Below, piece by piece: positions 26,001 to 34,868 of a stretch of 64,000 nucleotides of DNA. Position 1 is the stretch's first letter, and every line of letters starts with the position of its first letter. This DNA comes from Capsulimonadaceae bacterium (lineage in GTDB: Bacteria; Armatimonadota; Armatimonadia; Armatimonadales; Capsulimonadaceae). The position numbers and the translations under genes were made by a program. The notes under the pieces were generated by a model that ran no database searches, had not been told where the DNA came from, and saw only the letters and a program-made list of their open reading frames with translations. The stretch covers positions 2,528,001-2,592,000 of the forward strand of contig OZ244065.1 in NCBI GenBank assembly GCA_965215505.1, written 5' to 3'.

Positions 26001-29000
26001 CGTCCCGGTTGACGACGTGACGCGGCCCGAGACCGTCGCCAGAATCGGCGTCAGCGTGAAGTTGACCGGCTGCGTCGTGGCGTTGGACAGGACGGAGACG
26101 CCCGCATTGAAGGGCGCGTCCGGGGCCGCCGCCGTCGTGTACTCAAAGGTCCCTTGGTCGTTGGTCGGGCCATTGGCGACCGAGGTGTAGGTCGCCACCG
26201 GGACGCTGTCCACGAAGTAGGAGCCGGCGGGCTGGCCCGCCTGGAGCCCGGTGCGCGTCGTGGTCGTCTCGGTCGTCGTCTTGTCGGTCGAGGTGAAGGT
26301 GACGCTGGCCCCGATGAGGCCGTTGCCGGCCGTGTCCTTGACGGTGCCGGCGATGCTGCCGGGGTTAAGGGCCGTGATCGTCAGTGTGCCGTTGTTGCGG
26401 ACGACGCCGCCTTCCAGCGTGAACGCCGTACCGTTGTTGCCGATCGTCCTCTGGAAGCCCGACTTGTAGGCGACCAGCGTGTAAGTGCCCGGCTCGATGC
26501 CGTCAATGGTGAACCGCCCGTCGCCGCCCGTGCTGGCGCTGAAGGCCGCCCGAGTGGGGGGTGCGCCGCCGGTGGGGCGGAGGTAGACGGTGACGCCCGC
26601 CACGGGAGTACCCGCCGCCACGCCCGGTCCGGCCGTCTGGGTGATGATGCCCGTGACGCTCGCGGTCCGCAGGTAGCAGATGATGTTGTGCAGGATCGCC
26701 TGGCGCGGATCGCGCGGGATGACCGGCGGCGGGACGCGCGGCGGGTCCGGCGGGATCGGCGCGACAGAGGCGTAATAGTCGCTGCTCAGGGACTCGATGC
26801 CGAAGGCGGCATAGACGGTCCGGCTGCCGGTGCCGCTGTTTGGCGTCCCCGTTTGCGTGATATTCTGGAACGGATCGTCATGGAAGACCATGGCGACCGG
26901 GCCGCCCGCGCCGTAAGTGGCGGCGACAGTCGCGCCATTGGTGGGCGCAATGGTGTCTATCCGGCCCTGGATGCTGGCACCGGTCGCCAGGGTGAGGGCG
27001 GGGATCTGGTCCAGCGCGGCGTCATTACGGTCAACATTCCCCAGGATCAGGTTGTCCTGATAAGGAAGATTTTGCAGGTTGACGATGAAGAAGCCAGTCG
27101 TGAAGTTCCCAATCACGGTCAGGTAGCGGCCAGCGCTCGTGTTGTCGTAGAACGGGCTTCCGGTGATCCGGTTGGCCGTGGCAGCCAGTGTGGTGCTGCC
27201 GCCGCCCGGCGTCACCTCTTTAGCGCTCAGGACGTCCGGCAGGAAGCCGCCGGCCGTATTGCCCGAGGTGCCGTTGATCGTCAGCGTCGCGCCGACGTCT
27301 TGCCCGGTCATGAACAGGCGTCCGCCACCAGGATGGGCGGCCGTACCGTCGCCGAGGACGAAGTTGCGGAGGACGGTCTGCGTGCTGGGCCGTGCCACGC
27401 TGCCATTCTGGGCAGGCGTGCCGGGGTCGTTCAGCGAGCCGGGGTCGGTCAGCAGGTCCCCAGTGTAGGGTGAGAGCCAGATGACACACCGGGGGGCGTT
27501 CAGGATGGTCGCGGCCGGGATGTTCGCGAAGGCGGGATCAACGGGGTCGTTGATGGCCGGCTGTGTCTCCCTCAGGGGCAGGTAGCTGGCGAGGACCGCG
27601 TCCGTAACGGGACCGCGCGCCAGGGTACGCCAGATGGTGTACCGCTGCGTGGGCAGGTCGGGTGCCCCGTCGCGGCGCTCGCCGTCGTCAATGATGGTGT
27701 CATAGTAGGACCCGACGCCAAGCCCATTCTGCGTGGTGATCGTCGTGCCGAAGAAGGTGCCGAACGAAGTCCAGTTGAACAGCGTCGGATCGTAGAGGAA
27801 CGGCTGGACGAGCGTCGGCGAGGGCGGGTTGACGGTCCCGACAGCAAGACCCGCGTAGTTGACGTCAGCCAGAGTGCTGATGTCCACGTCGGTCAGGTAG
27901 GACTCGGCACCAAACAACTTGGGCACAAGGTTCAGGTTGGAGTCGCGCCCGGCGAAGGTCGTGGCGGCGAACTTCTGCCCCAGGGCATAGTCGCTCACGA
28001 CCAGGATGCTGTTAGCGCTGCTGAGGTTCTGGACAGTGCTGAAGCCGCCGGTGTTGTCGTAGATGCGCCAGTTGACCTGCTTGCCGACATAGTTGGACGT
28101 GCCAACGGGGATGTTCGGGAAGACGGCCTGGTCATACGCGACGACGTCCAGGAAGAAGTCGCTGGCCGAGGCCGGCGTGGTCCAGGTGACGGTGTAAAGC
28201 ACGCCGCCCCGGTTGTCCTGGACGGGAGACGGCACCATCTGGAGCCACTCAGCCGGAGCAGTCCCGTTCTGGGCGATGGGCCGCACCTTGTTGACGCCGC
28301 TGAAGGCGGCCTGATCGTCCACGCCAGCCAGCCAGAACGGGTTCCGGAAGTCGGCGGGCGATACGTCGCCGATGCCCGAGTTCGGGTTCCCGCTGGTAAG
28401 GAACTGCGGGTTGACGAGCTGGCACTCGTACTCCGGCCCGCGCGGGATGAACAGGGCGGGGTCTCCGCCGGTCTCGCCGCCCGGATTGATGCCGCCGCCG
28501 GCCTTACCGACGAAGATGTAGGTGTCGTCCGGGTTGTTGGCGTCCGGGAACGTCCACTGGCCGCCGTGTGCGCCGCGCGGGAAGACGTCGCGCCCCACAA
28601 TCGAGGGTAGCTGGGTTATGCCCCCAAAGGGAGGGTACTGATACTTATTGTTCGTGATGATCCCGTTGGGCGGCCCTTCGTAGCCAAGGAAGCCGAGGCC
28701 GAGAGACGAGTTCGCCGTCCCGCTGTCCGTGTCGTTGCTGGTGAAGCGGTTAGGCTGGTTGTTGTACTGGCTGTCCTTAGAGAAGACCTTATGCTCCAGG
28801 TTCTGCGAGTCCTGATACTTGGAGTTCGGGTTCTTGATCTGGAGGAAGACCTGCGAGCGGCTCGGGAGGGTGGTCCCGCCGACGTTCACGGTGCTGGTCG
28901 GCCCGTTGTTGAGGGGCGCGCGCGGGGTACCGTCCGAATTGGTACCGTTGTCAATGCCGGCCTCGCGGTCGGACAGGCGGACCGTGAAGGTGACCTTCTG

Positions 29001-32000
29001 GCCCGGAGCGATGCCCACCTTCTCCGACACGCCGCTGATGGGGGTTGCGCTGTTGCCGGCCTGAACGTGGATGATCTCGTTCGGGTTGTAGCGTAGCAGC
29101 GTCGGCGGGTCCAGGTTCAGCACCTGGGACTCGAAGATGCCGGTGTAGCCCAGGACGCCGAACCGGGGGGTGGGGCCGACGACGCTGTAGGTGGGCTGAC
29201 TTGTGCTTGATGTGTTGACTACGCCGCCCGGTGCGACGGAGATGGCCGTCTCGCTGGGGAAGGAGCTAGACGGGTCGTTATAGGTGACGGTGCGGCTGTT
29301 CGTCACGGCCCCCGTCGCGAAGTTGAAGCCGCCGCCCTGGTAGGTGATGCTGAAGATGGACAGGCCGGGTGACCAGGCTGGGTACACGTCGTCGAACGTG
29401 TTGCCGGTCTGCGCGCCCTCCTGCTGCCCGCCGGTCCCGTTGGAGCCTGCGGTGGTCTCGCCGCTGTTGTCATCCGTATTCAGCCTGACGACGGCGTTGG
29501 CCGCGCTCGCCCCGGTTGGCGTGTCGCCTTCGGGAACGATCTGCTCCTGGAAGTTCGCGGTGACGAAGTAGAAGTATTCGTTGCCGATCGTGGCCTGCGT
29601 GTCCACGAGCGTCAGGAGGCCGCCATTGTTGGTCGGGACCTGGTTCAGCAGGTAGGCGAAGGCACCTTCCTGGCCCGCGCCGGTGCCGGGCGAGTTCAAC
29701 TGCGTCGGTGAGCCGGCACTGCGGAAGACGCTGAAGCTGGTCGGCGTGCCGAGGCTGCCACCCACGCCGCCGGGCGTGTTGAAGGTCAGCGTGACGGAGC
29801 CGAAGCCGGGGCCGCTGCCGCCGTTGAAGTCGCCGATCGCCAGCAGGTTCTGCGGGGCCGAGGGGTCGGTGGCGGTCGTAAGGTTCCCGAAGCCGCTGCT
29901 CGCCGTCCGGGTCCCGTTGACGTTCGCTCCGGCGAGGACCTCGATGCCCTGGATGATCGGGACACCTTTAGCGACGGGGACGGAGTTCGTGAAGTTCAGG
30001 GTGATGTTGTTCGCCAGGTCGGTGTTGCCGAAGTTGTCCCTGAAGGTCCTCGCAGGAACGGTCACGTTGAAGGTCTGGACCACGGCGGCGTTCGGCTGGC
30101 CGCCGTTCGCGCGGACCAGGACCTGGTTCAGGTTTGTGACCGAGCCGTTTATGATGCTAGGCGTCGCCTGGACCGTCGTGTACCCAGGCAGGCTGAAGGT
30201 CACGGTGTACTGAGTCCCAGGCGTCACGGCACCGGGAAGGTTGACGCTGAAGTTAGGCTGCCCGTTCGCGGTGTTGACGATGGCCCGGTAGCCCGCCCCC
30301 ACGATGGTGATGGTCACCCCGGTCAGCGGCTGGCCCGAGGCCATGTCCGTGGCGTTGCCGCTCAGGGTGCCGACCGTGTTGCCGCCGGCGAGGGCGAAGT
30401 TCGTCGTGGTCGGCGTGTTGGCGGTGAAAGTGGCGGTCTGGGTCTGCGTGGCGAGGCCCGTGGCCGTTGCGGGGTTCGCGGTGATGTTAAAGGTGCCATT
30501 CGGGACCGGGAAGTTGTAGTTCCCGTTCGCGTCCGTCGTCCCCGATGCGATGAGGGCCGTGGTGACGGGGTCGGTGACCCGGATCGGGACATTGGGCGCG
30601 GGTGCCGTCGTGACCGCGTTGGTCACGTTGCCGACGGCCGTTGCGGTCGTCCCCGACACCACATTGAAGTTCGCCCGCGTGAAGCCGGCGCTGTTGACGA
30701 CGATCGTCTGGCTCTGCGCCGTGAAGCCGGCCCCGGAGGCCGTCACGGTGTAGGTGCCGGAGGGCAGGTTGGAGAAGTAGTTCGTCGGAGCACCGTCGCC
30801 GTTCGGCGGGGCGAAGGTCTGCGGCACGCCCGTGGTCAGGGTGCGGAGGACGTTGCCCGCCGCATTCGTGACGGTGACGGTGACGCCCGGCTGCGCGTTG
30901 CCGCCGGACGTGACGAGGCCGCCGAAGTTGCCGGGGCCGCCCAGGGCGTTCGCCACGATATCGAAGTTGGTCAGGATCTGCTGGCCGTTGGCGACCACGT
31001 TGAACTGGCGCTGGCCTGCGGCGGTGTTGGTCGGGTCGGAGAAGTGCAGCCGCAGCGTGTAGGTGGCACCCGCCGTCAGGTTGGGCAGGGCGTAGTTCAT
31101 CGGGCCGTTCCGGTCGGTCAGGAAGATGCCCACGGGCGTCCCCGGATCGCCGGCCGTGCTTGGGACGTTGGGCGGGTTGACCGTTTCCGTCACGCCAGGA
31201 AGGAAGGGACTGAAAAAGCCCTGGCCGTTGTTGAAAAGGTTGTTGTTGTCGGCCAGATAGCCACCGACCCCGCCGCCGGACAGGTCCCCAGCGTTGATCT
31301 GGTAGACGGGGAAGTTGAACGTCCGGGGCGTGGTCCCGGCCTCGATGGACCGCTGGCTGCCGCCGCCCGCGTTGAGGAAGCGCACCGCCTGGATGTAGAC
31401 AATGTCGTGCGTCGCGGTCTGGCTGGCCCCACGCGCGAAGGCGAGGTACTCGAAGCCGGGCGACGGATTGGTGAACTGGTTCGGGTTGTTGAAGCTCCAG
31501 GCCGGCCCGAAGTTATCCGTGCCGACCGCCGTGATTGCGCCGACCCGGCCGCCCTGCGTCTGGAACGAGGCGGGCACGACGCCCAGGCCGTTGCCCGACG
31601 TGCCGCCGCCGCCGACCAGGAAGATGGTGCGGTTGCCGCCGGTCGTGCCGCCGGAAGTCAGGGTCGGGACGCCCCCACCTGCCCCGTTCGGGGTGAGCGA
31701 GGTGGCCGTGGAGGCGAACGCGACGAACTGGCCGTCCTTCGAGCTGGCCGGGTCCGTGTCGTCAGCCGGGCCGTCGGTGAGCTGGCCGGGGAAGGAGATG
31801 TTGTTCGCGTCGGAGCCGCCCGAGCTGGTGAACAGGAAGTACAGGTGGTTATGGAAGGCATTCGGCCCGGTGACGCTGCGGGCGGAGAAGACAAGCTCGC
31901 CCGCGTTGGTGCCCAGGAAGGTGGGCCGCTGCACCGCGTCGAAGCCGGTCAGGGCGGCGCTCTGCGCCTCGGTCGGGAAGGTGGTCTGACCGGCGGGCGC

Positions 32001-32888
32001 GCGCAGGGTGACGGACAGGATGCCGCCGTTGGCGGTGTCGATGTTGGAGACGTTCTGGAACGCCTGGCTGTTGTTCAGGGTCAGCAGGGCGCTGAAGGAG
32101 AAAGAGCTGAGGACGAACAGGTTCTGCGTCCCGCTCGACTGGGCATCCGAGGTGAAGGCCAGGCTGCCGTCGGTGGGGGTGAGTGTCGGGAAGAACTCGC
32201 CGTGCGGAACGGCAGTGTTCTCGCCCATCGTGGCCTGGCTTGTGGTAATCTGGAAGGCCTCGCCGCCGTTCACCGAGATGGCCCAGAGGTGGAACCGCGA
32301 CGTGATGCCGTCAATACCCTCATGGTTCACGTCGCCGTTCAAAGAGCGGTTAGAGGAGAAGATCAGGAACTTCTCGTCCGCCGACCAGATCGGCGTCAGG
32401 TTGGTCGGGATCAGCGCGTTCAGCGGCTGGAAGATGGGGGCGTTAGCCGGGTTGTTGCCCAGGCTGCCGTCCGCGTTCTGGAAGCCGATCAGCGGCTGGA
32501 AGGCCGGGGCCGGGTTGTTGACGTCGAAGGTCTGCTCCGCGCCGGGGATGGGGACGGTGTTGCTGCTGGTGGCGTGCGCGCGGAGCGCGCCGGGCCGCAT
32601 CATGTCCCGCCCGAGCAGTACCCGCCCGTTCGGCGTCCGTTCGGCCCCGCTGAAGTCCCCGGAGGGCGCGGCGGCGCGGACCTGGGAGGCGTGCATGGAC
32701 GCCATCAGGGAGAGCGCCTGCCCCAAGCCGCCCTGCCCCGCCGCCGGGGCCGCCTGGACGCCGGGGGGCATCAGGCCGGCCAGCAGGGCCAGCAGGCATA
32801 GGAAGGAAGAGAAGCGGAGAGCGCGCGGAGTTTTGGCCGAAGCGTTGCGTTTGGACGAAGCGTTGAAAAGGGTGCGTAAAGCGTTCAA
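23055..32888 (-). CDS. Giant secreted multidomain protein B (~3277 aa), paralog of protein A with a longer TTR-repeat stalk
   Basis: TTG start at 32888 after GGAGG; signal peptide ending VQA; same domain order and shared motifs (QVFLQIKNPNSKYQDSQ.LEHKVF, LNLVPKLFGAESY, LRLGVGYWVFLKNAV). Confidence 0.85.
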   Translation of the reverse strand: MNALRTLFNASSKRNASAKTPRALRFSSFLCLLALLAGLMPPGVQAAPAAGQGGLGQALSLMASMHASQVRAAAPSGDFSGAERTPNGRVLLGRDMMRPGALRAHATSSNTVPIPGAEQTFDVNNPAPAFQPLIGFQNADGSLGNNPANAPIFQPLNALIPTNLTPIWSADEKFLIFSSNRSLNGDVNHEGIDGITSRFHLWAISVNGGEAFQITTSQATMGENTAVPHGEFFPTLTPTDGSLAFTSDAQSSGTQNLFVLSSFSFSALLTLNNSQAFQNVSNIDTANGGILSVTLRAPAGQTTFPTEAQSAALTGFDAVQRPTFLGTNAGELVFSARSVTGPNAFHNHLYFLFTSSGGSDANNISFPGQLTDGPADDTDPASSKDGQFVAFASTATSLTPNGAGGGVPTLTSGGTTGGNRTIFLVGGGGTSGNGLGVVPASFQTQGGRVGAITAVGTDNFGPAWSFNNPNQFTNPSPGFEYLAFARGASQTATHDIVYIQAVRFLNAGGGSQRSIEAGTTPRTFNFPVYQINAGDLSGGGVGGYLADNNNLFNNGQGFFSPFLPGVTETVNPPNVPSTAGDPGTPVGIFLTDRNGPMNYALPNLTAGATYTLRLHFSDPTNTAAGQRQFNVVANGQQILTNFDIVANALGGPGNFGGLVTSGGNAQPGVTVTVTNAAGNVLRTLTTGVPQTFAPPNGDGAPTNYFSNLPSGTYTVTASGAGFTAQSQTIVVNSAGFTRANFNVVSGTTATAVGNVTNAVTTAPAPNVPIRVTDPVTTALIASGTTDANGNYNFPVPNGTFNITANPATATGLATQTQTATFTANTPTTTNFALAGGNTVGTLSGNATDMASGQPLTGVTITIVGAGYRAIVNTANGQPNFSVNLPGAVTPGTQYTVTFSLPGYTTVQATPSIINGSVTNLNQVLVRANGGQPNAAVVQTFNVTVPARTFRDNFGNTDLANNITLNFTNSVPVAKGVPIIQGIEVLAGANVNGTRTASSGFGNLTTATDPSAPQNLLAIGDFNGGSGPGFGSVTLTFNTPGGVGGSLGTPTSFSVFRSAGSPTQLNSPGTGAGQEGAFAYLLNQVPTNNGGLLTLVDTQATIGNEYFYFVTANFQEQIVPEGDTPTGASAANAVVRLNTDDNSGETTAGSNGTGGQQEGAQTGNTFDDVYPAWSPGLSIFSITYQGGGFNFATGAVTNSRTVTYNDPSSSFPSETAISVAPGGVVNTSSTSQPTYSVVGPTPRFGVLGYTGIFESQVLNLDPPTLLRYNPNEIIHVQAGNSATPISGVSEKVGIAPGQKVTFTVRLSDREAGIDNGTNSDGTPRAPLNNGPTSTVNVGGTTLPSRSQVFLQIKNPNSKYQDSQNLEHKVFSKDSQYNNQPNRFTSNDTDSGTANSSLGLGFLGYEGPPNGIITNNKYQYPPFGGITQLPSIVGRDVFPRGAHGGQWTFPDANNPDDTYIFVGKAGGGINPGGETGGDPALFIPRGPEYECQLVNPQFLTSGNPNSGIGDVSPADFRNPFWLAGVDDQAAFSGVNKVRPIAQNGTAPAEWLQMVPSPVQDNRGGVLYTVTWTTPASASDFFLDVVAYDQAVFPNIPVGTSNYVGKQVNWRIYDNTGGFSTVQNLSSANSILVVSDYALGQKFAATTFAGRDSNLNLVPKLFGAESYLTDVDISTLADVNYAGLAVGTVNPPSPTLVQPFLYDPTLFNWTSFGTFFGTTITTQNGLGVGSYYDTIIDDGERRDGAPDLPTQRYTIWRTLARGPVTDAVLASYLPLRETQPAINDPVDPAFANIPAATILNAPRCVIWLSPYTGDLLTDPGSLNDPGTPAQNGSVARPSTQTVLRNFVLGDGTAAHPGGGRLFMTGQDVGATLTINGTSGNTAGGFLPDVLSAKEVTPGGGSTTLAATANRITGSPFYDNTSAGRYLTVIGNFTTGFFIVNLQNLPYQDNLILGNVDRNDAALDQIPALTLATGASIQGRIDTIAPTNGATVAATYGAGGPVAMVFHDDPFQNITQTGTPNSGTGSRTVYAAFGIESLSSDYYASVAPIPPDPPRVPPPVIPRDPRQAILHNIICYLRTASVTGIITQTAGPGVAAGTPVAGVTVYLRPTGGAPPTRAAFSASTGGDGRFTIDGIEPGTYTLVAYKSGFQRTIGNNGTAFTLEGGVVRNNGTLTITALNPGSIAGTVKDTAGNGLIGASVTFTSTDKTTTETTTTRTGLQAGQPAGSYFVDSVPVATYTSVANGPTNDQGTFEYTTAAAPDAPFNAGVSVLSNATTQPVNFTLTPILATVSGRVTSSTGTALAGATVTLTGPTVGATAPTVLTTTTAADGTYTFTNVPAASTALSATPVTGIPYTITATASGFGAGAAPGPVTLELGDVVTDTTAPAHRTDVVLTALASISGRIFDNTVGDTNAGGANVAGATVTLTNAAGTVVATTSASATGTYTFTNVPSTTTPTTYTVTATRVGFTTNSSAPFTVVLGSVITAKDIGLTPIAPGSITGRVTDTANGGAGVGGALVTFVSADGTTTLHATADGSGNYSLPTVFPGTYNGTATGPLNPNGRPTTTQGTATAVVASAPAVATANFSVATIPPSLAGTVTDSATPTHNPLKNALVTITDTASGTVIQTLHTDANGKYSTGPLPASGKPLSQYTVTITASLVGFATQSLPSQSIYNGDALTDTIASEAPLLDIALVAAGAGSVSGQVTDVSTGAGVSGAVVSFLSTDGTTTLPSATTDANGNYSIPTTGKTDPSGNYIGSVTPPNNANGRPEFTTPPTQNITIPAGGTQTVNFTLTEILAALSGTVLDNQTGTPISGATVTLTDATGKAIGTPQTTGATGTFSFAAIPAGQAPAAFALSATVPGGYFPGAKTVTLSLGDLLTGQNIGLDEKGTITGLVTDGSTGQPLPNVSLTVTDTTTKATPTNLTPSPLVTTPGTAIGPDGKTSNYTATFTLTPGHSYTVSASKPNYNPTAPVAVTPSPLTASQAGRADLQLTSGIGTLGGLVSDATTNAAIGGATVTVASVSATGASTVVATFTTNSSVSPAPDGKTQGINYSGQVAQGTYTVTLAFGSRTPVVQKVTVVGGQFNRLDFTGANGAPPVYVFPAGLNFLSTPYDYSSLSFDTLFGILNTAPTGTTPNGNRTHVAVWDPTVSQYAVDPNAPADSLRLGVGYWVFLKNAVPLTVQGATPSAAFVPVALHPSWNQIGVPNIKGVPVSSLMFDNGAGGMISFATAASSQYHVVAPTLYSFDGSGYQPVTQSSVLQPWKAYWIQVYSGATLEIPTK

Positions 32889-33114
32889 AGGGTACAACCT
32901 CCCTGGTTGTGCGCGGGGCCGGGCGCGGCGTCCCCCTTGGGGGGTTACCTGGGGCCGGGGCTTTATCAAACGACAGGTGTCATCGAATCGTTAATTAGTT
33001 CGTGAAGCGCGCCGCCGAGGCAGTGCGGATGGGCATGGTGGGGAGGGAACGGCTGCGGGTCGTGTCGCCCGTCGCTCGGGTGTGATCAGCCCCGGAATTC
33101 TCCCAGGGCAATTG

Positions 33115-33143
33115 ATTATAACACACCGCCCGGTTTTTGGCAA
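33115..33143 (-). promoter_or_regulatory. Sigma70 promoter of giant gene B
   Basis: TTGCCA-N17-TATAAT with extended -10 TG; AT-rich tract upstream (33150-33200). Confidence 0.75.
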
Positions 33144-33241
33144 TACGATTCTTTATGAATAATTAGGGAATAACGGAAAACTCCCGAAAATATTCTTTTG
33201 TAGCCCAAGACCCGCGCGGCCGGTGCCGACGAACGCCCGCC

Positions 33242-34804
33242 TCATGCCGTCCCCGGCGCGTCTGGGCGCTTCAGGGCGCTTTCGCGGACGAAGACCAGGG
33301 CGAGCAGCGTGCCCAAAGAGACGAGGACGGAGGCGGCGACGAAGGGCGCGATGTGGCCGACCCGGCCATAGACCTGCGTCCCGATCAGGCCGCCCATCAG
33401 CAGGCCCGCCCCCTGGGCGGTGCTGACGGCGGCGAAGACCGTCCCGCGTTGCCGCTCCCCGCCCAGTTCGGTCAGCAGGGCGAGCCAGGCCGGGAAGGCC
33501 AGCACAAAGCCCGCTCCCAAGACGCCCGAGGCCACCATGAAGCCCGCGATGCCCGCGCCGAAGTGGTGCAGGACGGGGATGCCCCAGATGCCCAGGGCGC
33601 ACAGGAGGAAGCCAAGCCGGACGCACCGCGTCTTGCCCCAGGTGTCCGCCAGGTGCCCCGCCGGGACGGCGATGGCGGCGATGCCCAGCATCGGCCCCAG
33701 GACCAGCAGGCCGAAGGCGCTCTCGGACAGGCCGTACTCGTCCAGGGCGAACTTCTTGACCAGGAGCGAGATGCAGCCGATGCCGAGGAACGTCACGAAG
33801 GCCAGCGCGAGGAACTGCGGCACCGTCTTCAGGGCGGCGGCGAACCCGTCCCAGGTGATCGCCTCCTCGTGCGCGTCGGCCTTTGCGCCCTCCTGCGCCG
33901 CCTGGCCCGCCGGGCGGGACGGGCGCGGGCGCACGCCGAGCGAAGCGATGACAGCGATGCCGAACAGGACGGCGGCGAGGATGAACGACGGGTAGTAGTA
34001 CCCCGGCTGATGGCTCGGCGGGACCGGGGGAGGCCCGGCGGGCAGGGCGACCGGGCGCAGCGCGGAGGGATGCGGCAGGTTCGGGTGTGCGAGCGGGTGG
34101 CGGAGGACGCCGTGGATGCCGTGCCCGGCCGAGTGTATCCCGGTCGTGACGCTGTGGCCCAGGCCGCGGAAGGTGTCGCCCAGAGTCGCCTCGTGCGTGA
34201 ACAGCTTGCCGAAGTGGTCGTCCACGAAGCCGCCGACGAGGAAGCTCAGGGCCAGGCCGAGCATGTACACGACGTTCAGCGCGCCCATCGCCGAGCCGCG
34301 CTTGTTTTCCGCCACCACGTCCCCGACATAGGCATAGACGGCGGGCCAGAGGGCGGCCTGCCCCAGACCGTCGAGCGCGCGCAGGAACCCGAAGACGAGC
34401 AGGGTGATGACGGCGGTGGTCGCCAGCGCGTCGTAGTGCGTCGAGATCAGGATCAGCGGCGTGAAGACGGAGATGGCCGCCCCCCCCAGCATCAGGGGCC
34501 GACGCCCGAACTTGTCTGACAGTATCCCAAGCGGGGACTTGAACAGGACCTCGCTGATGAAGAATGGGGCCATCAGGAACCCGTAGGTGCCTGGCGCGAT
34601 CTTCAGCCCCGTCATGAAGTAGATCGGCAGGGCGGAGTTGTTGAGGACCGAGATGCCGAGTTCGGCGCAGGCGGCGATCAGGATGATCGGCACGATTGCC
34701 GCCAGCCACCTCTCGGGCGCGGCGGCAGCGGGCGCGGCGCCGGCGGGTGCCGCGTAGGCTTTGGCACCCGCGGCGTTTTTCGACTGTGGGAGTGGCTGGC
34801 TCAT
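33242..34804 (-). CDS. MFS transporter with a long His/Pro-rich loop insertion
   Basis: Motif A GILSDKFGRRP and GHLADTWGKTR; about 12 TM helices. Confidence 0.92.
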   Translation of the reverse strand: MSQPLPQSKNAAGAKAYAAPAGAAPAAAAPERWLAAIVPIILIAACAELGISVLNNSALPIYFMTGLKIAPGTYGFLMAPFFISEVLFKSPLGILSDKFGRRPLMLGGAAISVFTPLILISTHYDALATTAVITLLVFGFLRALDGLGQAALWPAVYAYVGDVVAENKRGSAMGALNVVYMLGLALSFLVGGFVDDHFGKLFTHEATLGDTFRGLGHSVTTGIHSAGHGIHGVLRHPLAHPNLPHPSALRPVALPAGPPPVPPSHQPGYYYPSFILAAVLFGIAVIASLGVRPRPSRPAGQAAQEGAKADAHEEAITWDGFAAALKTVPQFLALAFVTFLGIGCISLLVKKFALDEYGLSESAFGLLVLGPMLGIAAIAVPAGHLADTWGKTRCVRLGFLLCALGIWGIPVLHHFGAGIAGFMVASGVLGAGFVLAFPAWLALLTELGGERQRGTVFAAVSTAQGAGLLMGGLIGTQVYGRVGHIAPFVAASVLVSLGTLLALVFVRESALKRPDAPGTA

Positions 34805-34868
34805 GGTTGATTCCGTGGCTTCCGGGGCGCGGTAGGTAGGCGAAACAGCAAGGCGAAAAGTTGCGCCC

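Noticed and set aside
14870-32994. Many long plus-strand and alternate-frame ORFs (for example 23190-24929, 31044-32801, 14870-16321)
   Set aside because: Shadow ORFs of high-GC coding sequence: Arg/Gly/Val-rich, no motifs, and fully overlapping well-supported minus-strand genes. The same applies to 40020-41822, 43251-45326 and 60912-62888.
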